Of a stretch of 64,000 nt of DNA, positions 13,487-23,279 are shown in pieces; positions within the stretch are counted from its first letter, which is position 1; every line of letters starts with the position of its first letter. This DNA comes from a virus. Taxonomy: Duplodnaviria; Caudoviricetes. A program made the position numbers and the translations under genes. The DNA is taken from positions 3,917 to 67,916 of the IMG/VR virus record IMGVR_UViG_3300028588_000021. One strand, written 5' to 3'. The notes under the pieces were generated by a model, which searched no databases, was not told the DNA's origin, and saw nothing but the letters and a program-made list of their open reading frames with translations.

Positions 13487-15153
13487 GTCGCGGCTTTGAA
13501 ACTTCCCTACGCGCCGCCGCTGTGCGGTTGCAGGACGAGGCTAAGGCTGAGCGCTACCGGCTAGATCCTGTGGCATGGGCCGAGGATAAGCTCAACGTTA
13601 TGCTGTGGAGCAAGCAGAAAGAGATTCTGATGTCGCTCGCGCAGAACAAGCGCACAGCGGTCAAGAGTTCTCACTCCATCGGCAAGACCTTTATCTGCGC
13701 TGTTGCTGCCGCTTGGTGGGTATCCACCCACGACGACAGCATGGTACAGTCTACTGCTCCTACCTATCAGCAGGTTCATTCTCTGCTTTGGGAGGAAATT
13801 CGTAAGGCTCAGCTCAAGGCGAACCTACGTGGGCGCGTAACACTGGGTGACAAGTGGTTGGTCAACCGCACGATCAACGGGCGCTCCAAGGAGTACCTGG
13901 TGGGCGAAGGTAAGAAGCCTGCCGACAGCAACATTCACGGCTTCCACGGTACCCACAGACCTGACGGCGTTCTCGCTATTCTTGACGAGGCTTGCGGTGT
14001 CGCTGAGTCTATCTTCACTGGTGCCGAGGCTATTACCACGGCTCGCATTGACCGCATTCTTGCGGTGGGAAACCCCGACGACCCTAACACTGAGTTCGGT
14101 CGCATTTTCTCTGAGGCTGCCAACGAGTGGAACCTTATCACGGTTTCGGCCTATGACACGCCCAACTTCACTGAAGAGGGCAAACAGATCATGGACCTTG
14201 CCCTTCAGATGGACAAAGACCCCGAGCTGGTCAAGGCCACTAACGAGCAGGACTCAACAGACTACCGCGATCCTCACCGCCTGAAGGCGCTGGCGATCCT
14301 GGACCACATGCCAGACCCTGAGTGGATTGAATCGCGCCGCCGAGACTGGGGCGAGGATTCCCCTCGGTTCCTGTCCAAGGTGCTGGCGCAGTTCCCTAAG
14401 ACCTCGATTGACAGCCTCTTCTCCGGCAGCGACATCGAGACGGCTCGCAACAATGTGATCGAGCCTGCTGAGACTGCCTTTCGTGTGCTGGGTGTCGACG
14501 TTGCCCGCTACGGTGGAGACAAGACAGTCGTCGCCATGAACACAGGCGGACATGTCGAGGTCATCGGAGCCTACAACACAATGGACGTGATGGAAGTCGC
14601 AGCTACTGTACACAAGCTAGCCATTGATAACGGAGCCGATCAGGTTCGAGTCGACGGCATCGGTGTGGGTGGTGGTGTAGTCGACCGTTTGATCGGACTG
14701 GCGCGCTCTATCGATAACCGATATACTGTAGTAGAGATGACAGCAGGTTCTCGGGCACCAGACCCGACGCTGCACCGCAACTCTCGTGCGTATTGGTATG
14801 ACACACTTAAGCACCAGATGCGAAATGCGCTGGTTGATCTTCCAGATCCCGGTTACTACGACGGGGACGAGGAGCGCACAGATGAGCAGGTCAGACGCTC
14901 CGCTAACGCGAAGCTGCTACTCAAAGAACTTACAACGGTCAAGTATGCCTACCCTAACGGCATCATGCAGATCGAGTCCAAGGAAGACATTCGCCGTCGC
15001 GGTGACAAGTCTCCTGACTACGTAGACGCCGTGGTGATGGCGACTGCTCCGATCAACAACATCGTCAGCGATCCGCTGTCTGTGTACCGACCAGGGCAGA
15101 TGCTCGAAATTGATGTAATGGCTGACATGGACAACCTGGTCAGCCTCTACTAG
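13483..15153 (+). CDS. terL: terminase large subunit
   Basis: SSHSIGKT Walker A variant, ILDEA Walker B, VGNP, nuclease motifs LGVDVAR and SPDYVDA. Confidence 0.93.
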   Translation: MSRGFETSLRAAAVRLQDEAKAERYRLDPVAWAEDKLNVMLWSKQKEILMSLAQNKRTAVKSSHSIGKTFICAVAAAWWVSTHDDSMVQSTAPTYQQVHSLLWEEIRKAQLKANLRGRVTLGDKWLVNRTINGRSKEYLVGEGKKPADSNIHGFHGTHRPDGVLAILDEACGVAESIFTGAEAITTARIDRILAVGNPDDPNTEFGRIFSEAANEWNLITVSAYDTPNFTEEGKQIMDLALQMDKDPELVKATNEQDSTDYRDPHRLKALAILDHMPDPEWIESRRRDWGEDSPRFLSKVLAQFPKTSIDSLFSGSDIETARNNVIEPAETAFRVLGVDVARYGGDKTVVAMNTGGHVEVIGAYNTMDVMEVAATVHKLAIDNGADQVRVDGIGVGGGVVDRLIGLARSIDNRYTVVEMTAGSRAPDPTLHRNSRAYWYDTLKHQMRNALVDLPDPGYYDGDEERTDEQVRRSANAKLLLKELTTVKYAYPNGIMQIESKEDIRRRGDKSPDYVDAVVMATAPINNIVSDPLSVYRPGQMLEIDVMADMDNLVSLY

Positions 15154-15161
15154 GAAGACTT

Positions 15162-16733
15162 ATGGCAAACCTACTCCAGAGACTGTTTACCCCAGACTAT
15201 GAAGAGACAAAGACACGTCTCACAGAGGCTACCACAACCATTCGTGAGACGCAGGCCGTCGCCAGCGCGCACTCTTTCGAGGCCGAAAGCCTCAAGGAGT
15301 CGGTGCGTGAGCTGAGCCTGTGGCTTGAGGACCGCAACTGGGAGCCCATCGAAGGCTACAAGGAGCACAAGGGCTTTGACCTCAAGACGATCAAGGAGCA
15401 GGCTGACCGCGCTCGTGCTCTGCTTACGATCAACCCGGTCATCAAGAAGGCATCCGACGCTCGCATTGGCTACATCTGGGGCAAGGGCGTTGCGTTCGAG
15501 GGCGCACCCACCCGTGTGCTCAAGGACCAGTTCAACCAGTCGAACTTCTTTAACGACTACGCTTACGAAGAGCTAGAGCGTCTTCTTCAGACAGACGGCA
15601 ACATCTTTGCGCTGCGCTCAAAGCAGGGCAAGGAAGTCGCTCTCGTTCCCCTTGAGCAGATCGCCGGTTGGTCCCTCAATGAGGAAGACCCGTCGCGTGT
15701 GGAATACTGGCTACGCCGTTACACCATCGAAGTGGAAGACTACCGCACAGGTGTCATTACTGAGAAGGTGTACGAGTCATGGTACCCTGCCGAAGGTCAG
15801 GGTGGAACCGTCAAGACGATTCAGAACATTCCTGTCGTTCGCTCCTCAGAGATGATCCACAAGGCTGTCAACCGCCAGAAGGGCTGGATTCTAGGGCTGC
15901 CTGACATCATTGTCGTGATGTTCTGGACGAAGGCCCACAAGGAGCTGTTTGAGTCTGGTACGACTTTCGTCAAGGCTCAGGGTAAGTTCGCTTCCAAGGT
16001 TGTCTCTAAGACCGCTGCTGGCGCTCAGCGTTCTGCCGCGTCTGTGGCTGAAGCTCCCCGACGCGATGAGCGTACGGGCGAAGTGCTAGACATCGGTGGC
16101 ACTGCCGTGATGAGTGCAGGTCTTGACATGCAGCTCATGGGCAAGATGAGTGGCGGAGTAGACTTCAACGTCTTTGAGCCTGTCCTCGGTCTTGTCGCTG
16201 CGGGCTTCAACGTTCCCCTCTCTGTGCTCACCGCTAAGGCGGGGGCTGAGGAAGAGACGCTTGAACTGAGCGTTGTTACTGCTGCGCAGTCTCGACAGAA
16301 GTTGTGGACTGAATTCTACACTGCTATCTTTGGTCGTCCGAACAGCCTGAAGATCACTTGGCCCCGTATCAAGGTGGAGTCCACTTACCGTCAGGTGCAG
16401 GCAATCGAAATTGCGAACAAGACTAACAAGCTCTCCGCCGTAGAACTACGTCAGCTCAGCTTGGAGGCATTCGACATCGTGGGTGACCCGAACCAGATTC
16501 CTAAGATCGAAGAGAACCCAGCATACGCCGTGCCTGCTGCTATTGCCAAGCTAAACGCTAAGCTTGCCGCCGATGCTGCCGAAAAGGCAGCCGAGGATGC
16601 TCAAGCGCTAGCGGCTGCCCAGCCTGAGGCTACCACACCTGAACAAGGTGTTGACGCCGGAGTCGGCAAGCTGAGCACTGGAAGCGATGCTAAGGACGCC
16701 CGAGACAAGGGTGAAATTGCTTCTGCTAGATAG
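15162..16733 (+). CDS. portal protein
   Basis: 523 aa directly after terL; size and synteny. Confidence 0.8.
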   Translation: MANLLQRLFTPDYEETKTRLTEATTTIRETQAVASAHSFEAESLKESVRELSLWLEDRNWEPIEGYKEHKGFDLKTIKEQADRARALLTINPVIKKASDARIGYIWGKGVAFEGAPTRVLKDQFNQSNFFNDYAYEELERLLQTDGNIFALRSKQGKEVALVPLEQIAGWSLNEEDPSRVEYWLRRYTIEVEDYRTGVITEKVYESWYPAEGQGGTVKTIQNIPVVRSSEMIHKAVNRQKGWILGLPDIIVVMFWTKAHKELFESGTTFVKAQGKFASKVVSKTAAGAQRSAASVAEAPRRDERTGEVLDIGGTAVMSAGLDMQLMGKMSGGVDFNVFEPVLGLVAAGFNVPLSVLTAKAGAEEETLELSVVTAAQSRQKLWTEFYTAIFGRPNSLKITWPRIKVESTYRQVQAIEIANKTNKLSAVELRQLSLEAFDIVGDPNQIPKIEENPAYAVPAAIAKLNAKLAADAAEKAAEDAQALAAAQPEATTPEQGVDAGVGKLSTGSDAKDARDKGEIASAR

Positions 16734-16739
16734 TGGTAT

Positions 16740-16769
16740 TTGCATTTGGTATTTCACTTGTGATAAGAT
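16740..16769 (+). promoter_or_regulatory. promoter for the capsid operon (leaderless geometry)
   Basis: TTGCAT-18-TAAGAT, with ATG 6 nt later. Confidence 0.7.
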
Positions 16770-16775
16770 AGACGC

Positions 16776-17738
16776 ATGACCACTGAGATTACGCTCGTTG
16801 AGAGCCTTGCCCCAACGACGGAGATTACCGTCGCCAAGGGTAAGCGCTGGAGAGCCAGAATCATCGAAGCTAATCGCTGGGGGTCAAGCGCTTACTATCC
16901 AGCCGACGTGCTAGAGCGAGACGGTGCCCGTGTCTTCACGGCAGGGCTGCCTATGTACGCTAACCACGCTACGGACACCGAGAGCTATGACCGCCCCGAA
17001 CGCAGTATCAACGACCTCGTAGGCAAGCTGACATCAGACGCTATTTATGAGTCTGACGGCCTGTACGCCGACGTAGAGTTCTACGACTCCTTTGTAGATC
17101 GCATCTCCGAGCTATCAGAAGACGTGGGGCTATCAGTAAAGGCCACCGGCCTGACTGAGGAAGCCGAAATGGACGGGCGCTACGGCCCTGTGCTAGTCGG
17201 ACTCCTTGCAGCAGACAGCGTAGATGTTGTCACCAAGGCCGGAGCTGGCGGCAAGCTTACCAGCATTCTTGAGTCGGACCGCACACCTGCGGGACGGCCT
17301 ATCGAACAGGAAGGGACGCAGCACGTGGCTGACGTTACTAAGGAAGACTTCGACGCGCTGAAGACAGCGCTTACCGAAGCCATTGCAGGGCTGAGCGCCT
17401 CTATCGCTGAGTCTCTGAAGCCCGCTGAGGAAGTGAAGCTCTCCGACGAGGAGCGCGAAGCTGCTGAGGCCGAAGCCAAGGCCAAGGCCGAGGCTGGGCA
17501 GGGGGAGGAAGTGGACGTTGTAGCTGTCGCTACCAAGGTCGCGGAGGCTCACCTACCCACTAGCGCAATCGCTCGTGTGGCAGCAGACGTCAAGGCCGGA
17601 ACGGACCTTGAGGAAGCTGTCAAGAAGGAATCGGACTACATCGCATCGGCTGCACAGGCTGAGGGTGGCGTCGTAATCAAGGAAAGCAAGTCGGATGAAA
17701 AGTCCGGCCTGTCTTACGCTGTCAGCCTACTCGGCTAA
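16776..17738 (+). CDS. capsid maturation protease / scaffolding protein
   Basis: protease-like N-terminal domain (NH, GLSV, SVDVVTxxGAGG) and acidic helical C-terminus; between portal and capsid genes. Confidence 0.75.
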   Translation: MTTEITLVESLAPTTEITVAKGKRWRARIIEANRWGSSAYYPADVLERDGARVFTAGLPMYANHATDTESYDRPERSINDLVGKLTSDAIYESDGLYADVEFYDSFVDRISELSEDVGLSVKATGLTEEAEMDGRYGPVLVGLLAADSVDVVTKAGAGGKLTSILESDRTPAGRPIEQEGTQHVADVTKEDFDALKTALTEAIAGLSASIAESLKPAEEVKLSDEEREAAEAEAKAKAEAGQGEEVDVVAVATKVAEAHLPTSAIARVAADVKAGTDLEEAVKKESDYIASAAQAEGGVVIKESKSDEKSGLSYAVSLLG

Positions 17739-17750
17739 GGAGAATACCAC

Positions 17751-18134
17751 ATGGCTGTAAACGAAATTTTCAAGGCTGATGACTTCATCAGCGTCGAGGT
17801 AGGCGTGGGACACGCTGCCGGTGAGCCGTTCGTCAAGGGCGCTCTCGTCGGTGTGCTCGTGACTGGCTCGGGTAGCGACACTGTTCCCACCCCGGATGGC
17901 TTCAAGCAGGGCGTCGGTAACCGCAAGGGCTGGGCTTCGGTCGCTCTTGTCGGTGGGTGGCGTGTGAACGTTCCTGCCGGAGCTACCTACGCAGTCGGAG
18001 ACGTTGTGTACATCAGCGACGCCGGTGTGCTCGGCAAGACTGCTACTGGCAACACGCGATTCGGCGTTGTCACTCACGAACCCAAGACTGAGGCCGCTGG
18101 CGCGGGTTCCGTCATCGTTAAGATCGGATACTAA
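17751..18134 (+). CDS. capsid decoration/cement protein (DUF2190-like)
   Basis: small Gly-rich beta protein (GDVVYI motif) directly before the MCP. Confidence 0.65.
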   Translation: MAVNEIFKADDFISVEVGVGHAAGEPFVKGALVGVLVTGSGSDTVPTPDGFKQGVGNRKGWASVALVGGWRVNVPAGATYAVGDVVYISDAGVLGKTATGNTRFGVVTHEPKTEAAGAGSVIVKIGY

Positions 18135-19279
18135 TGGACTACAACAAGCGCGTCGAGCAGGTTGCCGACTGGCTGAAGTCTGCCTCTAAGGGTAGCTTCA
18201 GCGCTCAGGCAAACCTGAAGGAAGCTCTTTCGACTTCCGACTTCCCCGCCGTGTTCACGGACATCAAGAACGCACAGCTCCAGGCTCGCTATGAGCTTGA
18301 GGACGTGCGCTTCTGGAACAAGATTGCCCGTAAGATCACGGTCCCTAACTTCCTGCCTCAGTCGTTCATCGACCTGGGCTGGGACGATGCGGCGTTCGAC
18401 AACGTGCTTGCCACCAACGGTGGTCGACGCACTGTGCCGGGTAGCCTGCCTAACGTCCCTGAGGGTACTGAGTACCCTACGGCCTTCAAGCTTTACAGCT
18501 CGCAGGAGCAGCTTGAGATTCGCAAGTCTGGTGCGCGTATTCCGTTCACCTTCGAGGCGATCATCAACGACCAGTGGAGCATTGTCGACGACCTGCCTAA
18601 CTGGCTGCTGCGTACGGCCCTTGACTCCGAGGAGATTGAGGTCACTCAGCTCCTAGTCGACGAGGCTGGCGATGGTCTGTCCGACTACTTCAACGCCGAG
18701 AATGGCAACCTGCTTGCCTTCGGTACGAACACCCCGGGTACCGCTGCCCTGACGCGCGACACCCTGAAGGCTGCTCTCAAGCAGGCTAACAGCTACAAGG
18801 CTGGCCCGAACTCGAACCGCCCTGTGCGCTTCCAGAAGTTCGCCCTCGTTGTTCCTGCTGCCCTTGAGGACCTAGCTAACGAGATTGTGAACGGCCCTCG
18901 CCAGTTCATCGTCACCGATGGTGCTCTTCAGTACACCGAGACTTTCGAGTTCGGTGCTAACTTCGAGGTTGTTGTCAACCCGTGGCTTGACCAGATGAAC
19001 GTGACCAGCGGTACGACCGCATGGTACGTTGTCCCTTACGCGGGCGAGGGCGTTCGCGCCGCGCTTGGTCTGGGCTTCCTCATCAACCACGAGTCTCCTG
19101 AGCTTCGTGTTCACAACGAGACTGGCCTCTACCTTGGTGGCGGTGCAGTTCCTGCTCGTGAAGGTTCGTTCCTCAACGACACCTGGGAGCTTCGTATCCG
19201 TCACATCTACGGTGGTGTTGCGCTTAACGGCGGAATCGGTACCGTTGGTTCGACTGGAGCCGCTGCTCCTACGGAGTAA
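18134..19279 (+). CDS. major capsid protein (HK97 fold, Mu gpT-like)
   Basis: EALSTSDFP, VPEGTEY, INDQW and final RHIYGG motifs; synteny. Confidence 0.88.
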   Translation: MDYNKRVEQVADWLKSASKGSFSAQANLKEALSTSDFPAVFTDIKNAQLQARYELEDVRFWNKIARKITVPNFLPQSFIDLGWDDAAFDNVLATNGGRRTVPGSLPNVPEGTEYPTAFKLYSSQEQLEIRKSGARIPFTFEAIINDQWSIVDDLPNWLLRTALDSEEIEVTQLLVDEAGDGLSDYFNAENGNLLAFGTNTPGTAALTRDTLKAALKQANSYKAGPNSNRPVRFQKFALVVPAALEDLANEIVNGPRQFIVTDGALQYTETFEFGANFEVVVNPWLDQMNVTSGTTAWYVVPYAGEGVRAALGLGFLINHESPELRVHNETGLYLGGGAVPAREGSFLNDTWELRIRHIYGGVALNGGIGTVGSTGAAAPTE

Positions 19280-19285
19280 GTGACT

Positions 19286-19320
19286 GAGAGGGTGTGTCTT
19301 GCGGGCATACCCTCTCTTTC
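19286..19320 (+). terminator. intrinsic terminator after the MCP
   Basis: GAGAGGGTGTGTC/GGCATACCCTCTC plus TTTC. Confidence 0.75.
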
Positions 19321-19335
19321 CTGAAAGGACTACAC

Positions 19336-19509
19336 ATGGCATTCCCATTCTTCACTCCTAAGCCTAAGCCCCTAACGGCTGTTGCTGGCACTCAGGCTCT
19401 GTCTGGTGTCGAAAGCAAGGTCGCGGCTGAGCCTGTTGTTATCTACGTAAACGGTGAGAACCTGGTAGACATCATCGCGCAGCTACGAGCTGGCGCTCCC
19501 GGCGTTTAA
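19336..19509 (+). CDS. hypothetical protein
   Basis: AAAGGA RBS, 57 aa. Confidence 0.55.
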   Translation: MAFPFFTPKPKPLTAVAGTQALSGVESKVAAEPVVIYVNGENLVDIIAQLRAGAPGV

Positions 19510-19521
19510 CTCACACAGGTA

Positions 19522-19561
19522 AGGCCCCTCTACTCAGGTAGGGGGGCCTTTCTGGTATACT
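19522..19561 (+). terminator. terminator followed by a -10 element (leaderless start of next gene)
   Basis: stem 19522-19549 plus TTTCT; TGgTATACT ending at 19561, ATG 7 nt later. Confidence 0.7.
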
Positions 19562-19568
19562 AGACACT

Positions 19569-19961
19569 ATGACTGATACATTCCCCGTAGACTTTACCAC
19601 TGAGGTTGGACGAGTACGCAAGTACATTCCTGACCTAGTGCAGCTACCCGACCCGTCTGACCCTACACTAGACCCTAGCTTCATGTGGTCGGACGACGAA
19701 ATTCAGTCGTTCGTAGATGACGAAGACGGCAACATCAAGCGAGCTGCCGCCTACATTCTCATCGCCACAGCCAACAACGAGAACTTGATTCTCAAGAAGC
19801 TCACGACCGAGGACCTGGCTACTGACGGTCCCGCTGTGTCCAACGCCATGCTCAAGACGGCAGAGCGCTTGCTGGCCGAAACTGCTGCCTCCGCCGAAGA
19901 GGAAGAAATCTTTATCTCGGTACCTTACACACACAACCCCGCTCGATACGACTGGAGATAG
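19569..19961 (+). CDS. head-to-tail adaptor (putative)
   Basis: synteny; VR..IPD and SDDEIQSF pattern. Confidence 0.65.
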   Translation: MTDTFPVDFTTEVGRVRKYIPDLVQLPDPSDPTLDPSFMWSDDEIQSFVDDEDGNIKRAAAYILIATANNENLILKKLTTEDLATDGPAVSNAMLKTAERLLAETAASAEEEEIFISVPYTHNPARYDWR

Positions 19962-19964
19962 CTC

Positions 19965-20438
19965 ATGCGCGGCACTGGTATTTTTCATCCCAAGTTCTCC
20001 ACCCACCCTACCCCGGGCCTAGAGACTTCGATGACCGACCTCGTGCGCATCTATGAGCCTACCGGTAAGGCCGCAGAATGGTCGCCCACAGAGGGAATCA
20101 CCAACGACAGCTTTACGCTCGTCTACGAGGGCATGGGGCGCGTACAGCCTAACATTGACTGGCGAGCCAGGGACCGCAACTTCGCTAATGAGCTGACTGC
20201 CACACAGGCCACACGTGTTCAGATCAAGTTCAATGGCAATCAGCTTCCAGGCACTGACGGAGCTGTCCCTGAAATCTACAAGGACTACCGCGTTGTGCTA
20301 GTGACTCCCGGTGGCTCGGACCGCAACGAGTGGATGACGGGGCTATCCATGATCGTGCGCAACGCCGAGCAGGCCAGCCAGAAGTGGGTTCGCACCATGC
20401 TGTGCGACCACGGAACTAGGGGCCACGATGGCGTCTAG
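19965..20438 (+). CDS. head-to-tail stopper (DUF6093-like, putative)
   Basis: synteny; YEGMGRVQP motif. Confidence 0.6.
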   Translation: MRGTGIFHPKFSTHPTPGLETSMTDLVRIYEPTGKAAEWSPTEGITNDSFTLVYEGMGRVQPNIDWRARDRNFANELTATQATRVQIKFNGNQLPGTDGAVPEIYKDYRVVLVTPGGSDRNEWMTGLSMIVRNAEQASQKWVRTMLCDHGTRGHDGV

Positions 20439-20901
20439 TCCTGGTCTAGTCTGGGGCAAGCGCACACCGGATGATCTTGTGTCCACGGTCACGGCTCTGA
20501 GAGATGAGCTAAGCGGAAACGTCGAGCGGTTGACCCGCGAGTTTTTGCAGGAAGCGGTCGCAGAGATGCGTGAGTCCATTAGGACTCGCGGTGTTCGCAA
20601 CGGCGTTCCCAACGGCGATGGCCGTATCGTCACGGGCGACATGCTCCGCTCCGTGGACTTCGCCCTCAGCTACAACAATAACTCCCGTGTGCTCGGTGAG
20701 TTCGGTTACCTCTACAACACACCAAAGTATGCGCTGTGGCAGGAGTACGGAACACAGGGCGGGCAGGGCAATGGCCGAGGCATCCTAGAGATGCTAGCGC
20801 TAACTGATGCCTTCCGCAATTTCGAGCGCAAGATGACCGATGCATTCGCCAACGGGCGAGTGATGAACCTGAAGCAGGGCAAGTATGCAAGTTACTCTTG
20901 A
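20428..20901 (+). CDS. neck/tail-completion protein (HK97 gp10-like)
   Basis: TGDMLRSV and YALWQEYGT motifs. Confidence 0.65.
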   Translation: MASSPGLVWGKRTPDDLVSTVTALRDELSGNVERLTREFLQEAVAEMRESIRTRGVRNGVPNGDGRIVTGDMLRSVDFALSYNNNSRVLGEFGYLYNTPKYALWQEYGTQGGQGNGRGILEMLALTDAFRNFERKMTDAFANGRVMNLKQGKYASYS

Positions 20902-21319
20902 CGCAGACAGAGAGGCGCTGGAAGAGCGCCTACTGGAGTTTGGTATTCCGAATGTCTTTGAGCAGACGGTACCAGCCGGTAAGGATCTACCGATGGAAAA
21001 CGGTGTCTTCCTGCCCTATGCCGTCATCAGCTACGGCGGACTATCCCCCGTCGCGCAGCCCCAGCAGGGTATCACCAGTTCTAGGGACGACCTCAAGTGG
21101 ACTAGCGTGGCAGTCGAGTCAGTCGGGGCCAGCCCCAAGATTGCTCGCCAGCTTGAGGCCATTGTGCGCGATGCTTTCGAGGGCTACATTCCCGCTCCTG
21201 GCTGGGGGCAGATGCGTGAGCAGCTCAGCGATTCCTACACGGTGAAGGTTCCCGACATGGACCTCTGGCCTGTGCGCTTTGTGCGCGCGATGGTGTTTAA
21301 TACACAAACCGGTGCCTAA
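20885..21319 (+). CDS. tail terminator (putative)
   Basis: LPYAVISYG motif; precedes the major tail gene. Confidence 0.65.
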   Translation: MQVTLDADREALEERLLEFGIPNVFEQTVPAGKDLPMENGVFLPYAVISYGGLSPVAQPQQGITSSRDDLKWTSVAVESVGASPKIARQLEAIVRDAFEGYIPAPGWGQMREQLSDSYTVKVPDMDLWPVRFVRAMVFNTQTGA

Positions 21320-21320
21320 C

Positions 21321-21350
21321 TAGACACATGATATGAAAGACTGATATAAT
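21321..21350 (+). promoter_or_regulatory. promoter for the tail operon (leaderless geometry)
   Basis: TAGACA-18-TATAAT with extended TG, ATG 7 nt later. Confidence 0.7.
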
Positions 21351-21357
21351 GGTTGAT

Positions 21358-21615
21358 ATGACTCGTAAGCGCTATGTCCACAACGTGACTGGAGTTGAGA
21401 CTTCTCTCAGCCCCAAGTTCGCAGCTATCTTTGGTGACCGTTTCACGCTCATTGAGGAAGAGGTACCGGAAGTAGCACAGCCCGCTGATGCTCCGGCACC
21501 CGCCACTGTGGTAAAGCCCCGACGTGCTCGCAAGACTAACACAGAGGACAACTCAGTTGGTGACGACGTGAATGCCTCAGCCCCCAACACCGATTCCTCT
21601 GAGGAGGGGAACTAA
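21358..21615 (+). CDS. hypothetical protein
   Basis: short globular N-terminus with a low-complexity tail. Confidence 0.65.
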   Translation: MTRKRYVHNVTGVETSLSPKFAAIFGDRFTLIEEEVPEVAQPADAPAPATVVKPRRARKTNTEDNSVGDDVNASAPNTDSSEEGN

Positions 21616-21617
21616 AC

Positions 21618-22127
21618 ATGCAGAAGATGCTTAACCCCAACACTACCATCTGGGTTGTACCCGAGGCTGGTATTGTCAACCCTGACGCCCCCAAGGCAGC
21701 AGAAATTAACGCTGGAGAGAATGTCTCCTGCGCCATCGTTCGCGGTTACACGCTGAACCCTACTGACTCTGACACTGACGACAGTGCGAGCATCTGCGAC
21801 AGCGGTAACGTCGAGAACCGCCTGTACGACAACTACGAGGGTGAGTTCACGTTCTTCCGTGATGCAGACACCGAGGATGCCGAGTCCGTGTACAACACGG
21901 CCCGTGACCTCTTCGAGTCGCCGGACCAGCGAGTGTGGATCGTGCGCCGTCTAGGTAAGAAGAACACCGAGCCTGCTGTGGCAGGCGACAAGGTGGAGCT
22001 GTACCTCTTCAGCAATGACCACATGCGCTCCGTCGATGGTGGAGACGCCGGTCCCATCCAGTTCACGGTTCCGCTGCTTCAGCAGGGTAACTACACTGGC
22101 TACGTGCCGGTGGCTGCCTCCGCTTAA
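21618..22127 (+). CDS. major tail protein
   Basis: 169 aa; GAGGGGG RBS; precedes tail chaperone and tape measure; followed by a terminator. Confidence 0.8.
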   Translation: MQKMLNPNTTIWVVPEAGIVNPDAPKAAEINAGENVSCAIVRGYTLNPTDSDTDDSASICDSGNVENRLYDNYEGEFTFFRDADTEDAESVYNTARDLFESPDQRVWIVRRLGKKNTEPAVAGDKVELYLFSNDHMRSVDGGDAGPIQFTVPLLQQGNYTGYVPVAASA

Positions 22128-22142
22128 TAAGCCCCGAAGTTA

Positions 22143-22176
22143 AGGCCCTCTCCGCTTGTCGGAGGGGGCCTTTTCT
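22143..22176 (+). terminator. intrinsic terminator
   Basis: 12-bp stem AGGCCCTCTCCG/CGGAGGGGGCCT plus TTTCT. Confidence 0.8.
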
Positions 22177-22239
22177 CGTGTTGTGATAGCACTAGCTATG
22201 TGCTAGTATGAAGTGTACGATATACCAACTGGAGGAATT

Positions 22240-22842
22240 ATGACTGACCTGCCCGCAAACCTTGAGACTGCACTCGACCAGGAGACGTTCGATGTGCTGG
22301 ACTTTGTGACCGGTGACTTGACCCCCGAAGACACGGTTGTCATCTACACAGATGCAACTGCTGGCTACGCTCTTGACCGCCTTGCTGAGGCCGAGAAAGA
22401 GCAGGCAAAGCGCGGAGAGACTGAGGGCCTGGGCATTGCAGACGAGCTTGTCTGGGTTGACCCTGATGAGGTAGACGCCCTCAAGGCCAAGATCGAAGCA
22501 TCGGCACTGACGTTCAAGCTCAAGGGCTTGGCACCCGCGCTGAAGAAGGCCCTCCGTGCGAACCTCGTAGCTAAGCACAACTTCAAGGAAGATGCCTCAT
22601 TCGATGAGAGCGAGGGCTTCTACCGTGACTTCACCCACGAGCTGATCGCGCGCTCTATCGTAGAGGCACGTACCTCAACAGGCAAGGTTGACAAGACCTG
22701 GACTGTCGAGAAAATCAGCAAGCTGGAAGGCCGTATCCACCCGACCGAGTTTGCTCGACTAGACCGCGCTGTGTTTGCTGTCAGCTCTGACGCTGAGCTG
22801 TTCGACCTGGCCGTGAGTGCTGATTTTTTGTCGAAGCGCTAA
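22240..22842 (+). CDS. tail assembly chaperone (gpG-like)
   Basis: GGAGGA RBS; slippery T TTT TTG at 22824-22830 near the end. Confidence 0.8.
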   Translation: MTDLPANLETALDQETFDVLDFVTGDLTPEDTVVIYTDATAGYALDRLAEAEKEQAKRGETEGLGIADELVWVDPDEVDALKAKIEASALTFKLKGLAPALKKALRANLVAKHNFKEDASFDESEGFYRDFTHELIARSIVEARTSTGKVDKTWTVEKISKLEGRIHPTEFARLDRAVFAVSSDAELFDLAVSADFLSKR

Positions 22843-23264
22843 CGCGACCGCACAACCTTCGGTACGTTAGCCGACTCAAGTCCGCTGTGGAGGCGCGTAT
22901 GCGCCCCACGGCGGCTTTGCTAGAACTAGACGATCCATTTTCTGGCTGGTATAGCCACGACTATCGGCTACAAGAAGCCATCGGTGTCCTGGATCGTGAC
23001 ACCTGTAAGACCTGTGGTAACCCCGTCTGGCTGTGCCATACATCGCACAGTGGGGTTGAGTTCGACATCATGGCTAGCATGTGCTATGCGAAAGCAGAGC
23101 TGGATGCCTATGACAAGATGCCCGGTAACCCCGACCCCGAAGCGGGCGAGAACCGGTTCGCCAAAGCGGTCGGACTCAAGAATGAAGATGGTACTTTCGA
23201 GCCTCTTCCCAGCCGCAGCGAAGCGCTTGCTAAGATCGCTAGCAAGACGCTACACACCCAATAG
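22824..23264 (+). CDS. tail assembly chaperone -1 frameshift extension (gpGT-like)
   Basis: -1 frame is open from the slippery heptamer (FFVEALTRPHNL...) to TAG at 23264. Confidence 0.75.
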   Translation, partial: FFVEALTRPHNLRYVSRLKSAVEARMRPTAALLELDDPFSGWYSHDYRLQEAIGVLDRDTCKTCGNPVWLCHTSHSGVEFDIMASMCYAKAELDAYDKMPGNPDPEAGENRFAKAVGLKNEDGTFEPLPSRSEALAKIASKTLHTQ

Positions 23265-23279
23265 CAGTAAGGAAACTGT

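Noticed and set aside
13483-15153. Intein or intron in the terminase, polymerase or helicase
   Set aside because: Sizes are ordinary, frames are uninterrupted, and no C/S...HN splice motifs or LAGLIDADG blocks were seen.
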